Assembly: GCA_963693365.1 (NCBI GenBank)
Contig: CAVNZM010000012.1
Span: 1,488,001-1,552,000 of the forward strand
From: Amoebidium appalachense
Lineage: Eukaryota > Protista > Ichthyosporea
DNA length: 64,000 nt
Reading direction: 5' to 3'
Positions 1 to 19,546 of the stretch are shown here, piece by piece. The first letter of the stretch is position 1, and each line of letters starts with the position of its first letter. The position numbers were made by a program, and so were the translations under genes. A model generated the notes under the pieces. The model was not told where the DNA came from. It saw nothing but the letters and a program-made list of their open reading frames with translations, and did not search any database.

Positions 1-1
1 A

Positions 2-343
2 GTGATTGGTCAACCCAACAACCAATCAGCACTCAGCGCTGCGGCGCAGCTAGAAGAGCAGCGATTGGCTCAACAGCGAAGACTGGGCCGACATATGAAC
101 TATTTTGTTCTTGTTCACATGCTGGCGTGGACCCCCTTTGTTATTTTTACTTTTCTTTCCTCCCCTAGGATTCCTGTTACGCCACCGCAGTGGTTAGGTC
201 CTGTACAGTCTGCATTTTCCGGTTTGTCTGGGACTTTAAATGCAGCGGTTTATTGGGTGTTGTTGGTGTCTCCAAATGACCATCGAGCTCATGGGCGTGA
301 GTGGGTTGCACGAAAACTTAGAAAATTGTTTTTCCATGCATGA
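2..343 (+). CDS. cAMP-receptor-like 7TM GPCR copy 1, terminal exon (TM6-TM7); 5' part lies outside the window
   Basis: NNQSALS...QQRRLGRHMNYFVLVHMLAWTPF...GPVQSAFSGLSGTLNAAVYW aligns with the terminal exons of five other copies in the window. Confidence 0.8.
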   Translation: MIGQPNNQSALSAAAQLEEQRLAQQRRLGRHMNYFVLVHMLAWTPFVIFTFLSSPRIPVTPPQWLGPVQSAFSGLSGTLNAAVYWVLLVSPNDHRAHGREWVARKLRKLFFHA

Positions 344-1465
344 TGTATGGTTCAAATTAGTAGTATTGAACGATTACCGATAGTTTGAAGAATTCCTGCA
401 ACTCGGGAGATTTGGCCCCAAGGTATATATGCATGTATGACTGTGTGTCAGTGAAACCATGTTTGCATAAAAGAATCCTGTTTCTGTAGTGGAGTTTCAA
501 TGAACATGTAGCTGATGATTCGGTGCAAGTTGCCAGTAACAATCATATCATCGTTGCTTTTCAAGGTAAACTTTACTGTGGGCAATGAGTAGCGCGAGAC
601 CCCAAAGTTACCAACATAAATTTCTAACACAGTTGTGAAAATATAATACACTGTGTTGCGTTAATTCTTAGAAGTAATTGACATGCCGCCTCTCCCCCCC
701 CTCCCCCCCCCCCCCCCCTCCCCCCGGCCCTCCCCCCCCCCCCCCCCCCCCCCAAAGCCCTGTCTATGGACTAGGTGTTGCATGCATGAAGACTTTGCTA
801 AGTGGCGTACCCTCCTCTCCTGTCCCCCCTCGACCCCTATGCCCCGGTCCCCCCTGCCCATCCTCCCCCGGGGCTCCCACCCGGTTCCAAGCCTACTCAA
901 TACTAATGATCATAATGAGAGCCCCCTCCCTCCCTCCACGGCCACCGCCCGAGTCCTCCTCCTCCTCCTCCCCCCTCCCTCCCCACCCCCCCACACCTAT
1001 TGACTGCAGGCCTCTCACTTCATGGTGGCCGGATTTTCTAGCGCAGGTGAGACGGCTGTAAATTTAGACTTGCCCAAAACTCAAAAACAGACACGGAATT
1101 GAGGGGCCCAAGTTGGAGTGTTTTTTTTTTTTTTTTTAATTTTTAATTTTTAATACTATTTTTTTTGGGGGGGGGAGGGGGGAGGGGGGGGCTGGGGGCA
1201 GGGAGGGGGGGGGAGCAGGGAGGAGGGGGAGGGGGGGGCTGGGGGCAGGGAGGGGGGGGGGAGCAGGGGAAGGAGGGGGAGGGGGGGAGAGAGAGAAGGA
1301 GGGGAGGGGAGGGGAGGGGGGAAGGGGGGGGAGTGTAAACTCGCGCCGTTCGCGTGCTCGCTTACATACAGATCCACTCTGTATTCGCTATGTACTTGAT
1401 CACTCGAATGGAACAAAAGTCGCATGATGGATCAACCATCAGCGCGCGTACCTTTTGGCCTAGCA

Positions 1466-1527
1466 AAATGATTGTGTTGGAGCTAGGACTCGTGGGACGG
1501 TGCACGAAGCAAGCAATCCCCCCCGGA

Positions 1528-1592
<65 letters not shown>

Positions 1593-1778
1593 CACCCTTC
1601 CCCCTCCCCCCTCCCCACCATCTCCCCGGCTCAATTCCGAAGGGGGGGCTTGAAATGATTTTGTTGGAGCTAGGACTCGTGGGACGGTACACGAAGCAAG
1701 CAATCCCCCCCGGATCCCCCCCCCCCAAACAACATCCCTCCCCATCCCCCATCCCCACCATCTCCCCGGCTCAATTCC
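1466..1778. repeat. Two-unit tandem duplication with a variable internal poly-C tract
   Basis: AAATGATT(G/T)TGTTGGAGCTAGGACTCGTGGGACGGT...GGATC(C)n...CCCCACCATCTCCCCGGCTCAATTCC at 1466-1638 and 1653-1778. Confidence 0.9.
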
Positions 1779-2366
1779 CCGGATGGTCTTTCAGAAACCG
1801 TTCAAGAAGTTTCGGAAGCTCCGAAACAATTTTTCGGAAAATCGAGCTTTGCTACGTTATCGATATACTGTGGGCCCCAGTGCCACCGATTCTACTGCAC
1901 TTTTGGGTGTTTCTAAGGACACCAAAAAAAAAACAACGTGCACCAGGATCTCCCTGCTGCCTTTCCCCCCTCCTTCTCTCTCTCTATTTCTCTCTCTTCC
2001 ACACACCCCTCTCCCCCCTCTCCTCCCCTCTCCTCTCACCCCCCTCCCTCTGTCTCCACCCCCTCTCCCCTCCTCTCCGCCACACATGCACATGCTTGTA
2101 ATGCCCTTGCACCCCTCCGACCTAGTACTTTTTTTCAGTCTTTTTTTCGTGGGGGGGGGGGGGGGAGGGGAGGGGAGGGGGGGGGGGGGGGAGAGAGGGT
2201 AGGCTTTCTACCGTACGTAAAAGGAAAAATGAAATGATGCTTCCTGAAAAGAGTGATTACTTTTACTAAAGTCTGCTTCCTCTCGCAAATCATCCATGTG
2301 CACTGTCAATATCCCAAAGGCATTATTCAGGTAACAAACTCAATTGAAACCCAGAAATCGCACTCC

Positions 2367-2406
<40 letters not shown>

Positions 2407-3697
2407 ATCCCCCCTCCTCACCCCCCACACACACAGTCACAACACCAACAACAACAACAGCAACAACAGCAACAACAACTGTCCAAAAAAAACAGAAAAA
2501 AAGGAAGGGAAAAAAAATGCCTTTGCCAAACCCCTCCTAGATTTCTTCTTATTTTTTTTCCCCCTTCTGGGAACAATGCTGTTTGAATTCGAAGTGTCGT
2601 TGCTGCATCTGCTCTATGTGGCAAGTTTTATTTATCCCCGCCACCCCCCCCCCCCCCCCTCTCCCCCTCCCCCCCCCCCCCCCCCCCCCCTCTCCCCTCC
2701 CCCCCCCCCCCCCTCCCCCCCCCCCCCTCCCCCCCCCCCCCCTGCCCCTCCCCCCAAACAACAACAACAAAAACAACAACCCCCCAACCCCTTCTCCCCC
2801 CCCCCCCCCCCCCCGTTCCCTGGCCCCTTTCCCTTTCCCCTCTATTCCCCCTTTTCACCTCCTCCCCCCCCTTCCCCCTCCCCCTCCTACATACACAAAC
2901 ACACACATAAACCACACGCACACGCACTACGTACACACACCCACACCCACGCACACGCACACACACACACACATAAGCACTTGCACAAACATACAGAGAC
3001 ACACACATACATACACAGTCACACGTGCACACACACACACAGACGCACGCGCTCGCATGCACACACACGACACAGACACACGTTTATACACACGCACACA
3101 CTTACACACAAACACTACACACACGCGCGCGCACACACACTCATACACACGCACAAACACACACAATGGCATACACACACACACACACACACACCGTGAC
3201 ACCGGCACACACGATAACATCCTCGAACTGTCTCATTATATGATATCCTTGCGTACTCAAAGGCGCCATACATTCACAGCCACCATACCGCGTTATGTAC
3301 AATAAAAACAGAAGCCTTTATGGTACTATCCAATCGCAAGGGCAAAGAAAGCCAAATGATCTGATTTTCAGCGGAGGCCAACAACGTGGTGAGAACGGGC
3401 GAAGGGGCCAAGGGAAGGGGAAGGGGGGGGGGGGGGGGGGAGGAGGGGGGGACATTGAGGGGAATATGAGGGTGGCCACTTGGTACACTGTAGCATTAAT
3501 CATTTAGATAAACTCCGTTTGTCCAGTAACTCCATGTGCATGGATAGCAGTTGTGTAAGCTACTTTAACCTAGCACTATCACACACATGGCACGTTGGCC
3601 ATATGTATTGAACAAGAGTGTACATCCATAATATCTTAACACATTTTCTCTTGCTAAAACTTGGATGGTTTTCTTACGTGTGGCCAACAGCAGCAAC

Positions 3698-5243
<1,546 letters not shown>

Positions 5244-5620
5244 CTGTGTGTGTGTGTGACGTGTATGTATGTGTTTGTGTGCATGCGCGCGCGCGCGCGT
5301 GTGTGTGTTTGTGTGTATGTTTGTGTGTGTGTGTGTGTGCACGTGCATATCCGTGTAATAACTTGCGCGCACTTATGTGCGCACGCATGCACGTGTGAGG
5401 GTGTGTCAAAGTGTATGTGTGAGTGTGTGTGTGTGTGCGTGTGTGTGTGCGCGCGCACGTGCGCCCACCTAGGTGAGTGTCTCAGCGGCACGCGCATGCG
5501 TCGTGTGAGTGAGTGAGTGAGTGAGTGAGTGAGTGAGTGTGTGTGTGTGTGTGTGTGTATGTGTGTGCGCGCGCGTGTGTGTGTGTGCGTGGTGTGCGTG
5601 TGTGTTTGTTTGTGTGTATC

Positions 5621-5675
<55 letters not shown>

Positions 5676-7104
5676 ATCATCAAAGACAGAGGAAAGAAAT
5701 ATGACGTTGGTTGAATTGCAAAAGCTAAAGAAAAAATATCTACCTAGATACCATGCTTGGCAACGGAACCAAATTGAGAAATTGGAGAAGGATATCGCGA
5801 GGAGAGGGGTGGAGGGGGGGAAGAGGAGAGGGGAGGGGAAGGGGAAGGGGAGGGGGGGAGGGGAGAGATCTAGAGGGGGAGGGAAAGAGGGAAAAGGGGG
5901 GGGGGGGAGGGGCGGGGGGAGGGGGTGAGGTTTATGTGAAGGGGAGAATACCAACATATTATGGTCAAGCCGCACTTTTTGCTACTATACAAACATGTAC
6001 GCATTTTTGCCCTTTGTTTTCTTCCGAATAAATAGGATCAAAAAGGTCCCCAGAGTGGTGTGCCTATCAATGTTAGTAAGGAAAAATGGTTACTGACCGA
6101 GGCTCTTTGGGTAATAACTGAAGCAAAAAAGCAGTGGCAAACACAATTGCAAAAAAGGAGGGCGGATAAAATGGTCGGCCCGGAGCAACTGTATGCATAT
6201 GCATCACATAAGCGGTTTCCCAGCCTACAAACGCAAGATTCCCAATTTTTTCTACTAACAACGGCTTTCCAAATTGGTATTATCCAGTTTACCAGTGTGG
6301 CAAATCCTCCAGGGACTTCCAACGTGACAAGCAGTAATAATTATTTTGTTATGACCATGCATACAATAAGACTAGAACATTACCTGCCACCAACAAAGCT
6401 ACACGGAGACAATACTTCCCCACGAAATGTAGAAGAAAAATGTCAGTCATGACCTAAACACACCTTTGTGGTTCTGAAGAATGAGTGGTCAAACTGCACG
6501 TTACAGTCCTGGTGTGTCGGTGGAGGCGCCATAGTCTGATGTTTTTGGGCTTCGAAGTTCGAACTCGGCCGAGTTAAAGAGTTTAAAAATACTGAAAGTG
6601 CTGCTATATTTTTCTTCGAAACCGTTTTCAATGTTTCTTTACAACCGGAACACGACAAACAGAGTGAACGAGAGTGACCGATAAGATAGCATTTGTCAAA
6701 AAGTGAGACGCGTGAGGTGCTCAGCCAGTGAACCCCCGGGAAGGATCTAGCGAAGAATGTACGAAAGAATCTTCTCTGAGGAAATGGGGATTGATGGTTG
6801 GGCATATGTCACGCGTACAATCTACACGAGCTACAAAGGCAGAAATCGGTTCGGTCCTGATCATTCGGTCCCGGCGCCTTTCAAAGTTTCGGGCTTTTCG
6901 CCCCTTTCGGAGCGGCCCCCCTCCTCCCTCCCTCCCTCCCTCCCTCCCTCCCTCACTCCCTCCCTCCCTCCCTCCCTCCCTCCCTCCTTTCTTCTCTCTC
7001 TCTCTCTCTCTCTCTCTCGCCCCCCCCTCTCTCTCCCTCCCTCCCTCTTCTCCCCCCCTCCCTCCCCCCCCCCCCCCCCCTCTCTCTCTCTCTCTCTCCC
7101 CCCC

Positions 7105-7225
<121 letters not shown>

Positions 7226-9057
7226 CCTCCCCTGAATAATGTTTTCTCCTAGGAAAATACAAATAAAAAACAAAAATCATCATTCCAGTTGTTCATGGGT
7301 CATGGCCTCCTTCCGCATGTGCAACCGGGCCTCAAATAAAAAGGCACACGTGTTTAGCGCCGCGCCGCTGCTCATCAGGACGGTGAGCCACTGAGCCCGT
7401 AGTTTCTTGTGGAATCATGGAATTCACAGATTGGATACAGATCATGCATTTAAAAAAGGCAAAGTTTACTTACCCAATTTGGTAGGTCTTATTCCATAAA
7501 TGGTCCAAATATTTCATGATTACGTAACATCCGCATTTGTGCATTGGTCCGGTATCCAGGGGGACACGGGAGGATCTCGAGGCACGTACTGAACGTGCCC
7601 ATGCGCAGAGTAGGCGCCCATCGAAACCACCTCACGCCCATCGAAACCACCTAACGGGACACATATAAACATAAACATGAATGTGTGTGTGTATGCATTC
7701 TCGGACGTAGAACTTCAAAATGCTGTAGATCTGGCCTGCTAAGTTTCACTTCAAGTTGGATGTTTCTGGCGCAGGTGAGATGGCTCAATGCTTTAGTTTT
7801 GCTGGACTGAAAAGGTTGAAAGGGAAAACACAAAAAATGAACAAACATGAAATGGAAGAAGGGGGAGGGAAGGGCAAGGAGGGGGAAAGGGAGAGGGGGG
7901 GCAAGAAAAAAGAAACAAGTGATAGGCCGTGAGAGACAGAGGTGGGGGAGTGGCACTAATATCTGGCATCTGTATATTGTTTCTACCACGTTGGCGGTGT
8001 TTCTACTAAGGGCATTAACCAAAGGAACACGAAACAACAAACCACACTGCTTGGCCAAAATACAGTGAACTTTGAAGATGTGAAACTGTGCCTTTTTTCC
8101 CCTCAATGGCTGGTAGGGATTTTTTTTTCTTTATCAATTGTGTGATTATCAATTGTTAATTGTCACACAATGATAATTACACAATGTCAATTGTGTGATT
8201 ATCATACTAACATAAAGTTATGCTATTAAATCATGCAGCAAAGGATGACCGAGCTTGAAGTTAACAAAAAAAACACATTGATTACTTAAGCATGGCTGCA
8301 AATGAGCTTTGCACCACCCAGTTTGGCCATTCGACATTTGTAATTACCAAGGTAGGTCACGGTACAGTCTACGAGTGGTTACTGTGTGACAATGTTATAA
8401 TTATGTGACATGCCAAAATACGATATTAGTACATTATTACTACTGATGATTCACACTTTCGTATTCTTTGTTTCTGCACTACGTTTTTCCCCTGCCCTTT
8501 TGCCCTTTTACACATCCTCCCCTCGAGCTCTCTCCCTCTGTCTTCCTGTCCCCCCCCCCCCCCCCCCCCCCCCCTTACCGCCCTCCTGTCTTCCCCCCCC
8601 CCCCCCCCCCCCTTGAACACATGCACGTCGTTTTTTTTTTGTTTTGTTTTTTTTTTGTGGGGGGGGGGGGGGGGGGGTTATTCAGAGGCCTAAAGCGAAC
8701 AATGTCACAACAATATTGCCTTCCCTCTTTTCAAAGGTTATTTTAAATTGTCTTTTTTTCGTTTGTTTGTTTGTTTTTTTGGGGACGAAGAGGAGAAGGG
8801 GGTCGGGGGGTAGGGAGCGGGAGGAGGATGGAGTGCTGTAATGTGTACACACATACTTATCTGTAAAAGAACTTCGTAGTTTGTGTTCTGGTAAGGTTTG
8901 TGTTGTTTGCTTTTCCTCTCTCTCTAAAATGATCATTGCAGCGGCATGTGTAAGATAGCAGTGCACACGCCTAGCCTGTTGTCATGGCACACACGCACGT
9001 GCACGTACACGCTCGCATACACACGCACACACAGCCTCTCTCTCTCTCTCCCCCTCT

Positions 9058-9089
<32 letters not shown>

Positions 9090-9349
9090 CCCCCCCCCCC
9101 CCCCCCCCTCCCTCTCTCTCCCCCCCCCCTCTCCCCCCCCCCCCTCCCCCCCCCCCCCCCCCCCCCCCTCTCTTTCTCTCTCTCCAGCTCTCTCTCTCGA
9201 TCTCTCTCTCTCTGTCTTTTCTTCCCCCCCCCCCTCCTCCTCCTCTCTTTTTTTCTCCCTTTCTTCTCCTTACCCTCCCCCACCTCCTCCCCCTTTCTCT
9301 CTCTCTCTCTCGTGCACAAAATCTGACTTTTACACCACACCCAATGCAG

Positions 9350-10075
9350 ATACTGTACCTGTCGACATCTGCAATTTCTCTCCTGTGCAGCATCTACATC
9401 ATTCTGAAGGTCTTTTATAAATGGAAATACCGCCCGCAAACTTTCACCATCATGCAGTTCTTCCCGGGAGCTATCAGCCTGGCCGATCTGCTATACATTA
9501 CACTCTCCGGGACGTCAACCATTCTATTTTTATCCGACACGAGAACATGTGCACGTGCACAACTCTGTGCGTTCCTTGGGTTTTGTTTGACGTGGGGACA
9601 GTTGTGTATCGCCAGCTGCCCTGTGTTGGTGGCGGTGAACGTGTGGGTTGTGATTGTTAAAAATCGATCTCCGATCATAAAAAGTATGCGGACCTTCTTA
9701 TTGGTGGCGTTTGGCGTGCCCTTTTCGCTGGCGCTTATTCCCCTGTTTCTTCCCAACGGATATGGAAGGTGGGAATCAAACCCCTTTTACACCTGAAGAA
9801 CTCTAACAATTATGATTTCACCACTCCCTTTGCTGCCCCCCCCCCCCCCCCCCCCTCCCAAAAAAAAAAAAACACCCCCCCCCCTCCTCCCCCCTCCCGC
9901 TTCCCTCCCACCCCCCCCCCCCCCCCCAAAAAAAAAAATAAAAATAAAATAAAATAAAATAAAATAAAATAAAAAACCCATACCCCTCCCACCACCAACA
10001 CTGCCACCTTTCGCCCCACGTAGTACGTATTAATCGCTCCCTGCTCTGACCCCCCTCCCCCCCCCCCCCCCCCCT

Positions 10076-10127
<52 letters not shown>

Positions 10128-11266
10128 ACCCACCTACCCACCCACCCACCCACCCACCCACACACACACACAAACACACACTGTCTCTTTACATGAGTGA
10201 CCGTTCATAAGTGGTTTATAAAGAAATACATTCGTTGGGTTCAGATCTCTTTAAATCATATAGATCACACGCCCAACAAACCAATCTTGTGTAAGTTAAA
10301 CAGAGAGGATCTCTTTCTCCCAGCCTCCCTCCCTTCCCCCCCCCCCCCCCCCCCCCCCCCAATGTTCCCCTTCTGGGGCATTGTTTAAAAGTGATTTATA
10401 GGTCTAATCCAGGGTGCGTGGAAACTAATGAATATGTTCTTTTTTTTTTTTTTTTTTTTTGCAGGATTGTGATGCGCTGTGGAGTCACCGAACAATATTT
10501 CATACTCAGCGTGTTTTATAACGTTGCATACCCTTCTGTATCGCTGCTCGTTTCGGCCTTCTGCTATGCGACATCCACTTACCGTTTATGGCAATCGACT
10601 CGGTTTCGATCCAATCACCTTCTGTTTCACTCAAACCCGTTTTCGGGTGGCATTCCGTCGGACAGAGACCAACCTGCAAATACATTGCCGGTGAACGAGG
10701 AGAACGAAAATGTGGAATTAACGGAAAATGAACATCTACATACCCTTGAAATGCCGAAAATCAATCCCTCTACCCAAACCGCGCAAGCATTTCAATACAC
10801 AGAAGATATCGGAGGGTACACAACAACAGATGGTGCAATGCCAAACAATCCGGGCATTGCACCGACGCTTGACTCAGCTGCTACACTTAACAATGGAGAC
10901 ACATTCGCCGCAGTTGTTACTTCTGAGGAGGATTCTCGTTCCCTTACACCAAATATGGCTATTTCTCAGAACACGGGATTGGTTGTAGGTCACGTGATAT
11001 GCACCGAGCAACAACCAGTCCTCGAGCTCCCTGGCAATGTCAACCGGTCTCTTCCCAATCAGGTAACCGCACATGCACAAACGTGCACAGAAGTAGCTAC
11101 ACACATGGCTGGTTATCGGCTATCTTGCTAAGCGAACCAGAAAAGGGGGCGAACATCAACATACCTCATTTTCAACGGGTGCATATTTGGCTACACAGGG
11201 TGGAGGGGGGGGGGGGGGGGGGAGAGGTCGTACAGGGAGGGGCGAGGGTGGTGGTGTGTGTATGTG

Positions 11267-11305
<39 letters not shown>

Positions 11306-11477
11306 GGGGGGAGGGGTGAAGGTATGGGCAATCAAGGTTGTCACCCTTAGGCATAGTCATCGAATCTCGTCCCCTCTCGTCCCCCCCATCCCCCCCTCCC
11401 CCCCCCTCCCAACACACACACACACCCCTACTAAGTCTTCACGGCAACCCATTAGCTCAAGGGATTTCTTTCATTTA

Positions 11478-11514
<37 letters not shown>

Positions 11515-11611
11515 CCCACACACACACCAAAAAAAAAAAAAAGAAAAAAAAGAGAAAAAAAAGCAAAAAAGGACATCCATACGCACGCACGCACGCACGC
11601 GCACGCCCAGG

Positions 11612-11644
<33 letters not shown>

Positions 11645-11658
11645 ACACACACACATGT

Positions 11659-11706
<48 letters not shown>

Positions 11707-11712
11707 ACACGT

Positions 11713-11801
<89 letters not shown>

Positions 11802-12312
11802 CACACACACACACACACACACACACACGGATGCACTCTCCCAACTACACCATTTATAACTTAAACTCTTAAAAACTCTAAAATTAACTCTTTCAGGTAA
11901 ACAAACCGAGCACTCTAGATCTACGCGGATTCCAGGGCCAAGCCACCACCGTTTCAGCTGTCCCCAGTCTCAGCAACAACCAATCAGCACTCAGCTTTTA
12001 ACCGCAACCGAGGAGCGACGGCTGGCGAAACAGCGAAGACTGGGCCGATACATGGACTGTTTTGTTCTCGTTTACATCGTAACATGGACACCATTTGTGA
12101 TTTTCACGCTTGTTTCTTTCCCCAAATTTCCTGTAAAACCCCCACATTGGTTGGGGCCGTTTCAAGCGGCGCTGCATGGGTTTGCCGGTGCTTTGAATGC
12201 TGCGGTTTATTGGGTGCTTTTGGCTACACCCCATACACAGTTCAATAGTGAGTCTAGAATTAAAAAGATTAGAAGGTGGCTGTGTATGTCCATGGGGTCA
12301 GGCGACTCATAG
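9350..12312 (+). CDS. 7TM GPCR copy 3 (exons 9350-9768, 10465-11062, 11897-12312); 1-nt deletion near 11996; start exon unresolved
   Basis: GT-AG introns with compatible phases (2 and 0). Motifs [33 protein letters not shown]|[21 protein letters not shown]. The terminal exon is 416 nt where 417 is needed. Confidence 0.75.
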
Positions 12313-13605
12313 TGAGAAACGTTTACTTTGACTTATTTTTTGCCGAGAAACCGACTATCAAAGAATAATGATTGCTAAGAGTAAAAAAATCTTGTTATAT
12401 ATAATAACTAGTACTATTATTGCTTACTCTGAAACTCTATCAATATCGACAAGGGGTACAGGTTGGAACTTCTCGTGTCGTTTTTAGGTACTGGGGGGGG
12501 GGGGGGGGGGGGGGGGGGAGGGGGGGGGGGAGGAGGGGAGGAGTGGATGAAGGGGGCTGGTACCCAGAACGGAAAAACAAAACGTTACTGTGATAAAAAA
12601 CGTTAAAACTTTGAAGGACAATGATACTGCCTGGTGCCATTAAGGGGTTGTTAAGTCACCGGCGTGCTGGCCTTACACTGGTGAGCGGGTGGGCATCTGA
12701 ACCACATGCATGGGGTGGTGCACACAGTGGTATCAACACAAACCCCCCTCCTCCCCCCTCTCTCCCCTTCTCTCCCTCCCCTTCCACCCCCCCCCCCCCC
12801 CCCCCCCCCGGGGACCTCTTGCACGTCAAAGTGTAGTCCAACCTGAAGATTTGGCACCACGTTAAAAATGCAAAGCCTATTGTGTTTCCCTGCCTGCTTG
12901 CCGTAGTGGAGAGAGAGATCTGTGACATATCCCCCTGCAGTCTGCCAGTCTGGAGGGGGGGGGGGGGAGGGGAAGATATTTCCTATGGTGTAGCCTATAT
13001 ACATTAAAGAAGGAGGGGAGGGGGGGGGGGGGGGGCTTTTGCTCAGAGGGGAAGGAGAGGAGGAGAAGGGGAGGGGGGGGGGGGGAGGGGGGGGGGGGGG
13101 GGGGGGAGGGGGGGCGGGGGGGGGCAGCAGAGAAGTGGAATAATTGGTGGGGGCACTAAAGCCCAATGCATTGACGGGCAGATTCGTCTATCCCACACAG
13201 CACCAGTAGAGCAAAAGTCTTGGAGAAAATAAACGTGGAAATGTTTTTGACGTGCAATCACGCCTGGGTATGTGGGTGGTAGCGAGTAAATATTAGTTGG
13301 TGGCACTGGGGTTGAATGTAATGAGGACGGGGAGGGGGAAGCTTGGGTGGGTAGGTGGGTGGGGGGAGGGGGGGAGGGTGGGGGGGACTCGTATCACCTA
13401 TGTACCTCTTTCAATTCTGTTTCCCCCCCCCCCCCCCCTCTCTCCCCCTCATCCCCTTCCCCTCCTCCACTTCCCCCTCCCCCCCCCCCCCCCCTCCCTA
13501 CCAAGCCCCTTCCCCTTCGTATACCTTGCCCCATGCAGCAACAACAAAAAAAGCCACTTGGATTTGAAATAACACAGATTCCCCCCCCCCCCCCCCCCCC
13601 CCCCC

Positions 13606-13642
<37 letters not shown>

Positions 13643-15679
13643 TCAAAAAGCACTGAGTCTACGGCCGGCACGAAACGACGTACAAAAACAGGACTACTCT
13701 GTTCAAACCAGGACTGTGTTTATTTTTTCCTCCCCCTTCCCCTCGTACTCTCACCCATCTCGAAAGAAAAAAAAAAAAAAAAAAACCAAGAAAAAGGAAG
13801 AAATTAAAATAATGACATTATTTCGAGTGGAGGGGCAGACCGGGGCATGGAGAAGGGGGGGGGGGGGGGGGGAGGGGGGGGGGGGGGGAGGGGGACGGCT
13901 AAGCCTTGGTTAGCTTACTCCTAAGGTTGTGAGGACAGTAGGGCAACCAGAAACGGCCCTCGTAAAGAGTGCAAAGAGCAGTATTCATGAGGGAATCACA
14001 GGCTGTCAGGCCTCTCTGGGAGCTGCAGCAGACTCTTGAGGCGCCATGTACATGTACTTGTGTGTGTGCATATTCGTAACAAAAGGTTTTTTTTGTGGTG
14101 TGCGCATGGTGGGGTTTTTTCTTTCTCTTATTTTCTTCTTTTTTCTTGTCTTTTTTTTTATCTCGAGATCATGGGTGAAAACTCGAGGGGGGAGGGGGAG
14201 TTTGGGGGGGGTGGGGGGGGGGGGGGGGGGGGGGGGGGTCATAGGATATTTTGGCACTACAACGACTTTTAAGTTTCCCCAGTACCACCAGACAATTCCA
14301 CAGTGTTTGAGTAACAGGAAGTTCTCGTTTATGAATACAGTACTCGGGGCCTTATCCGGAACGATTAGACAATCTGCAAGTCAAAATCGCATGATATTTA
14401 TGGATACCAAAAATCAACCCCCCCGCCCCCCCCCCCCCCCCCCCCCCCCCTCCCTCCCCCCCTCCCCGGCCCCTACCCCCTCCCCCCCCCCCCCCCCCCC
14501 CCCCGGCCTCTCCTCCCCCCGCCCCCCCTCCTATCCCACCTTCCGGAACCGCGGCCCCCTCAGTCTCACCATGAATTCCCTGCCCTCATCTTCGCCCTGA
14601 TCAGGACACTGAGTTCATGATGTACCTCGGAGGCAGCCATCTACGCGTTTTTCTCACAGCCGCAACTGCCCGCAATGCCCCCCAAAGTTTGACATTCGTG
14701 GCAATAGGCGGTTCTTGTGCTAAAAAGAGCTGCTAAAAGTATCTAATGAATATCTCTTTTGACGCAGAGTAGGAAGAGTTTGGAAACGCTTTAGGGGCCG
14801 TGTTCAGCTGCAGCAATAGTCATGACTGTAATTTGGCCTGCACTGTGCAGACTGTGCAGATCTGGCTTAGCTATAGATTTCCACGCCTCTAAACCTGTTC
14901 CTTCGAATGCGGAGAGTTCCATATCACACAGGTGTGAATACAGAAGATGAGCTGCGTATGCACTCGGAAACCTGAGCCATGAGAAAGCCACAGTCGCGGC
15001 CACAGTTCAGCTTTCACGGTGCAGATCTAGGCTGTCTCAGCCTTTTGAGCGGCTCAATGAATTCATTGAATACAGGTCTTTCATTGGCTGTTCATTATCG
15101 AATGGTCTTCGCGCATCTATCGACTCAGCTTTTCTTCCAGATTGGCGCCTGAGTGTGTGTGCTCACTTCGGAAGGCCGCACTTTTTTTTTTTACTTTTTT
15201 TTTGCCGTATTGAAGCTATGCATATACAATATACGGCGCAAAGCCTTTTCATACCATAAAAATTTGCCTTTCTGATTATGTTGGTCTCCTCTATCTGTAG
15301 TGAGGGCCATTTCTCTGCTGCATCAGATGCGGGACTCCAGCGCATTCGCACGTTTTGTCTCCCAGAAGATCTTCCCTGGAATGTGCGTGAGCTTTGTTTT
15401 ATTGGCAAATACTTATCGGTAGCATCTATTTTTGGGTGCAGGCTGCGGCTTATAACTTTAGTTATAAAAAACTAGTATTTTAAAATATATTTCATTCGTG
15501 TTCGGATACATATAACGCGATTATCATTACTTTATATGTTTGGCGACCTCATCCTCGGGAAACGCGGATCTATTCCTATCGACGGTCACTAAAGTTCAGG
15601 AAAGCTTGCAACTTGATGCACCTCCTATCCATTGGTAGAACACATCGTTTTGCGGTTTCGCACCTCCAAAAAAAAAAAG

Positions 15680-15686
15680 TATAAAA
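15680..15686 (+). promoter_or_regulatory. Putative TATA box of the subtilisin gene
   Basis: TATAAAA about 105 nt upstream of ATG 15789, with ATTGG (inverted CCAAT) near 15631. Confidence 0.45.
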
Positions 15687-15788
15687 TGCCAGTAGGCTAG
15701 GTGAATTCAAACACACACAGTCTCTACTACACAGCCACTGTCGCCTTCAGACTGTTCAGTCATCCCCTCCCTCCTTTCCACCGCCAAG

Positions 15789-19546
<3,758 letters not shown>

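Noticed and set aside
5671-6452. Short non-repetitive ORF pieces (MISSKTEERN..., MPINVSKEKW...)
   Set aside because: No recognisable motif or convincing splice structure.
7615-7652. 20-bp tandem duplication; similar ones at 32781-32833 and three ATATCTCGGCA copies at 51126-51199
   Set aside because: Ordinary local slippage duplications with no further structure.
8686-8736. Possible upstream exon of GPCR copy 3 (RPKANNVTTILPSLFSK, AG/GT bounded, with an N-glycosylation sequon)
   Set aside because: Phase-compatible, but it has no ATG, a weak donor and no counterpart in the paralogs; needs RNA evidence.
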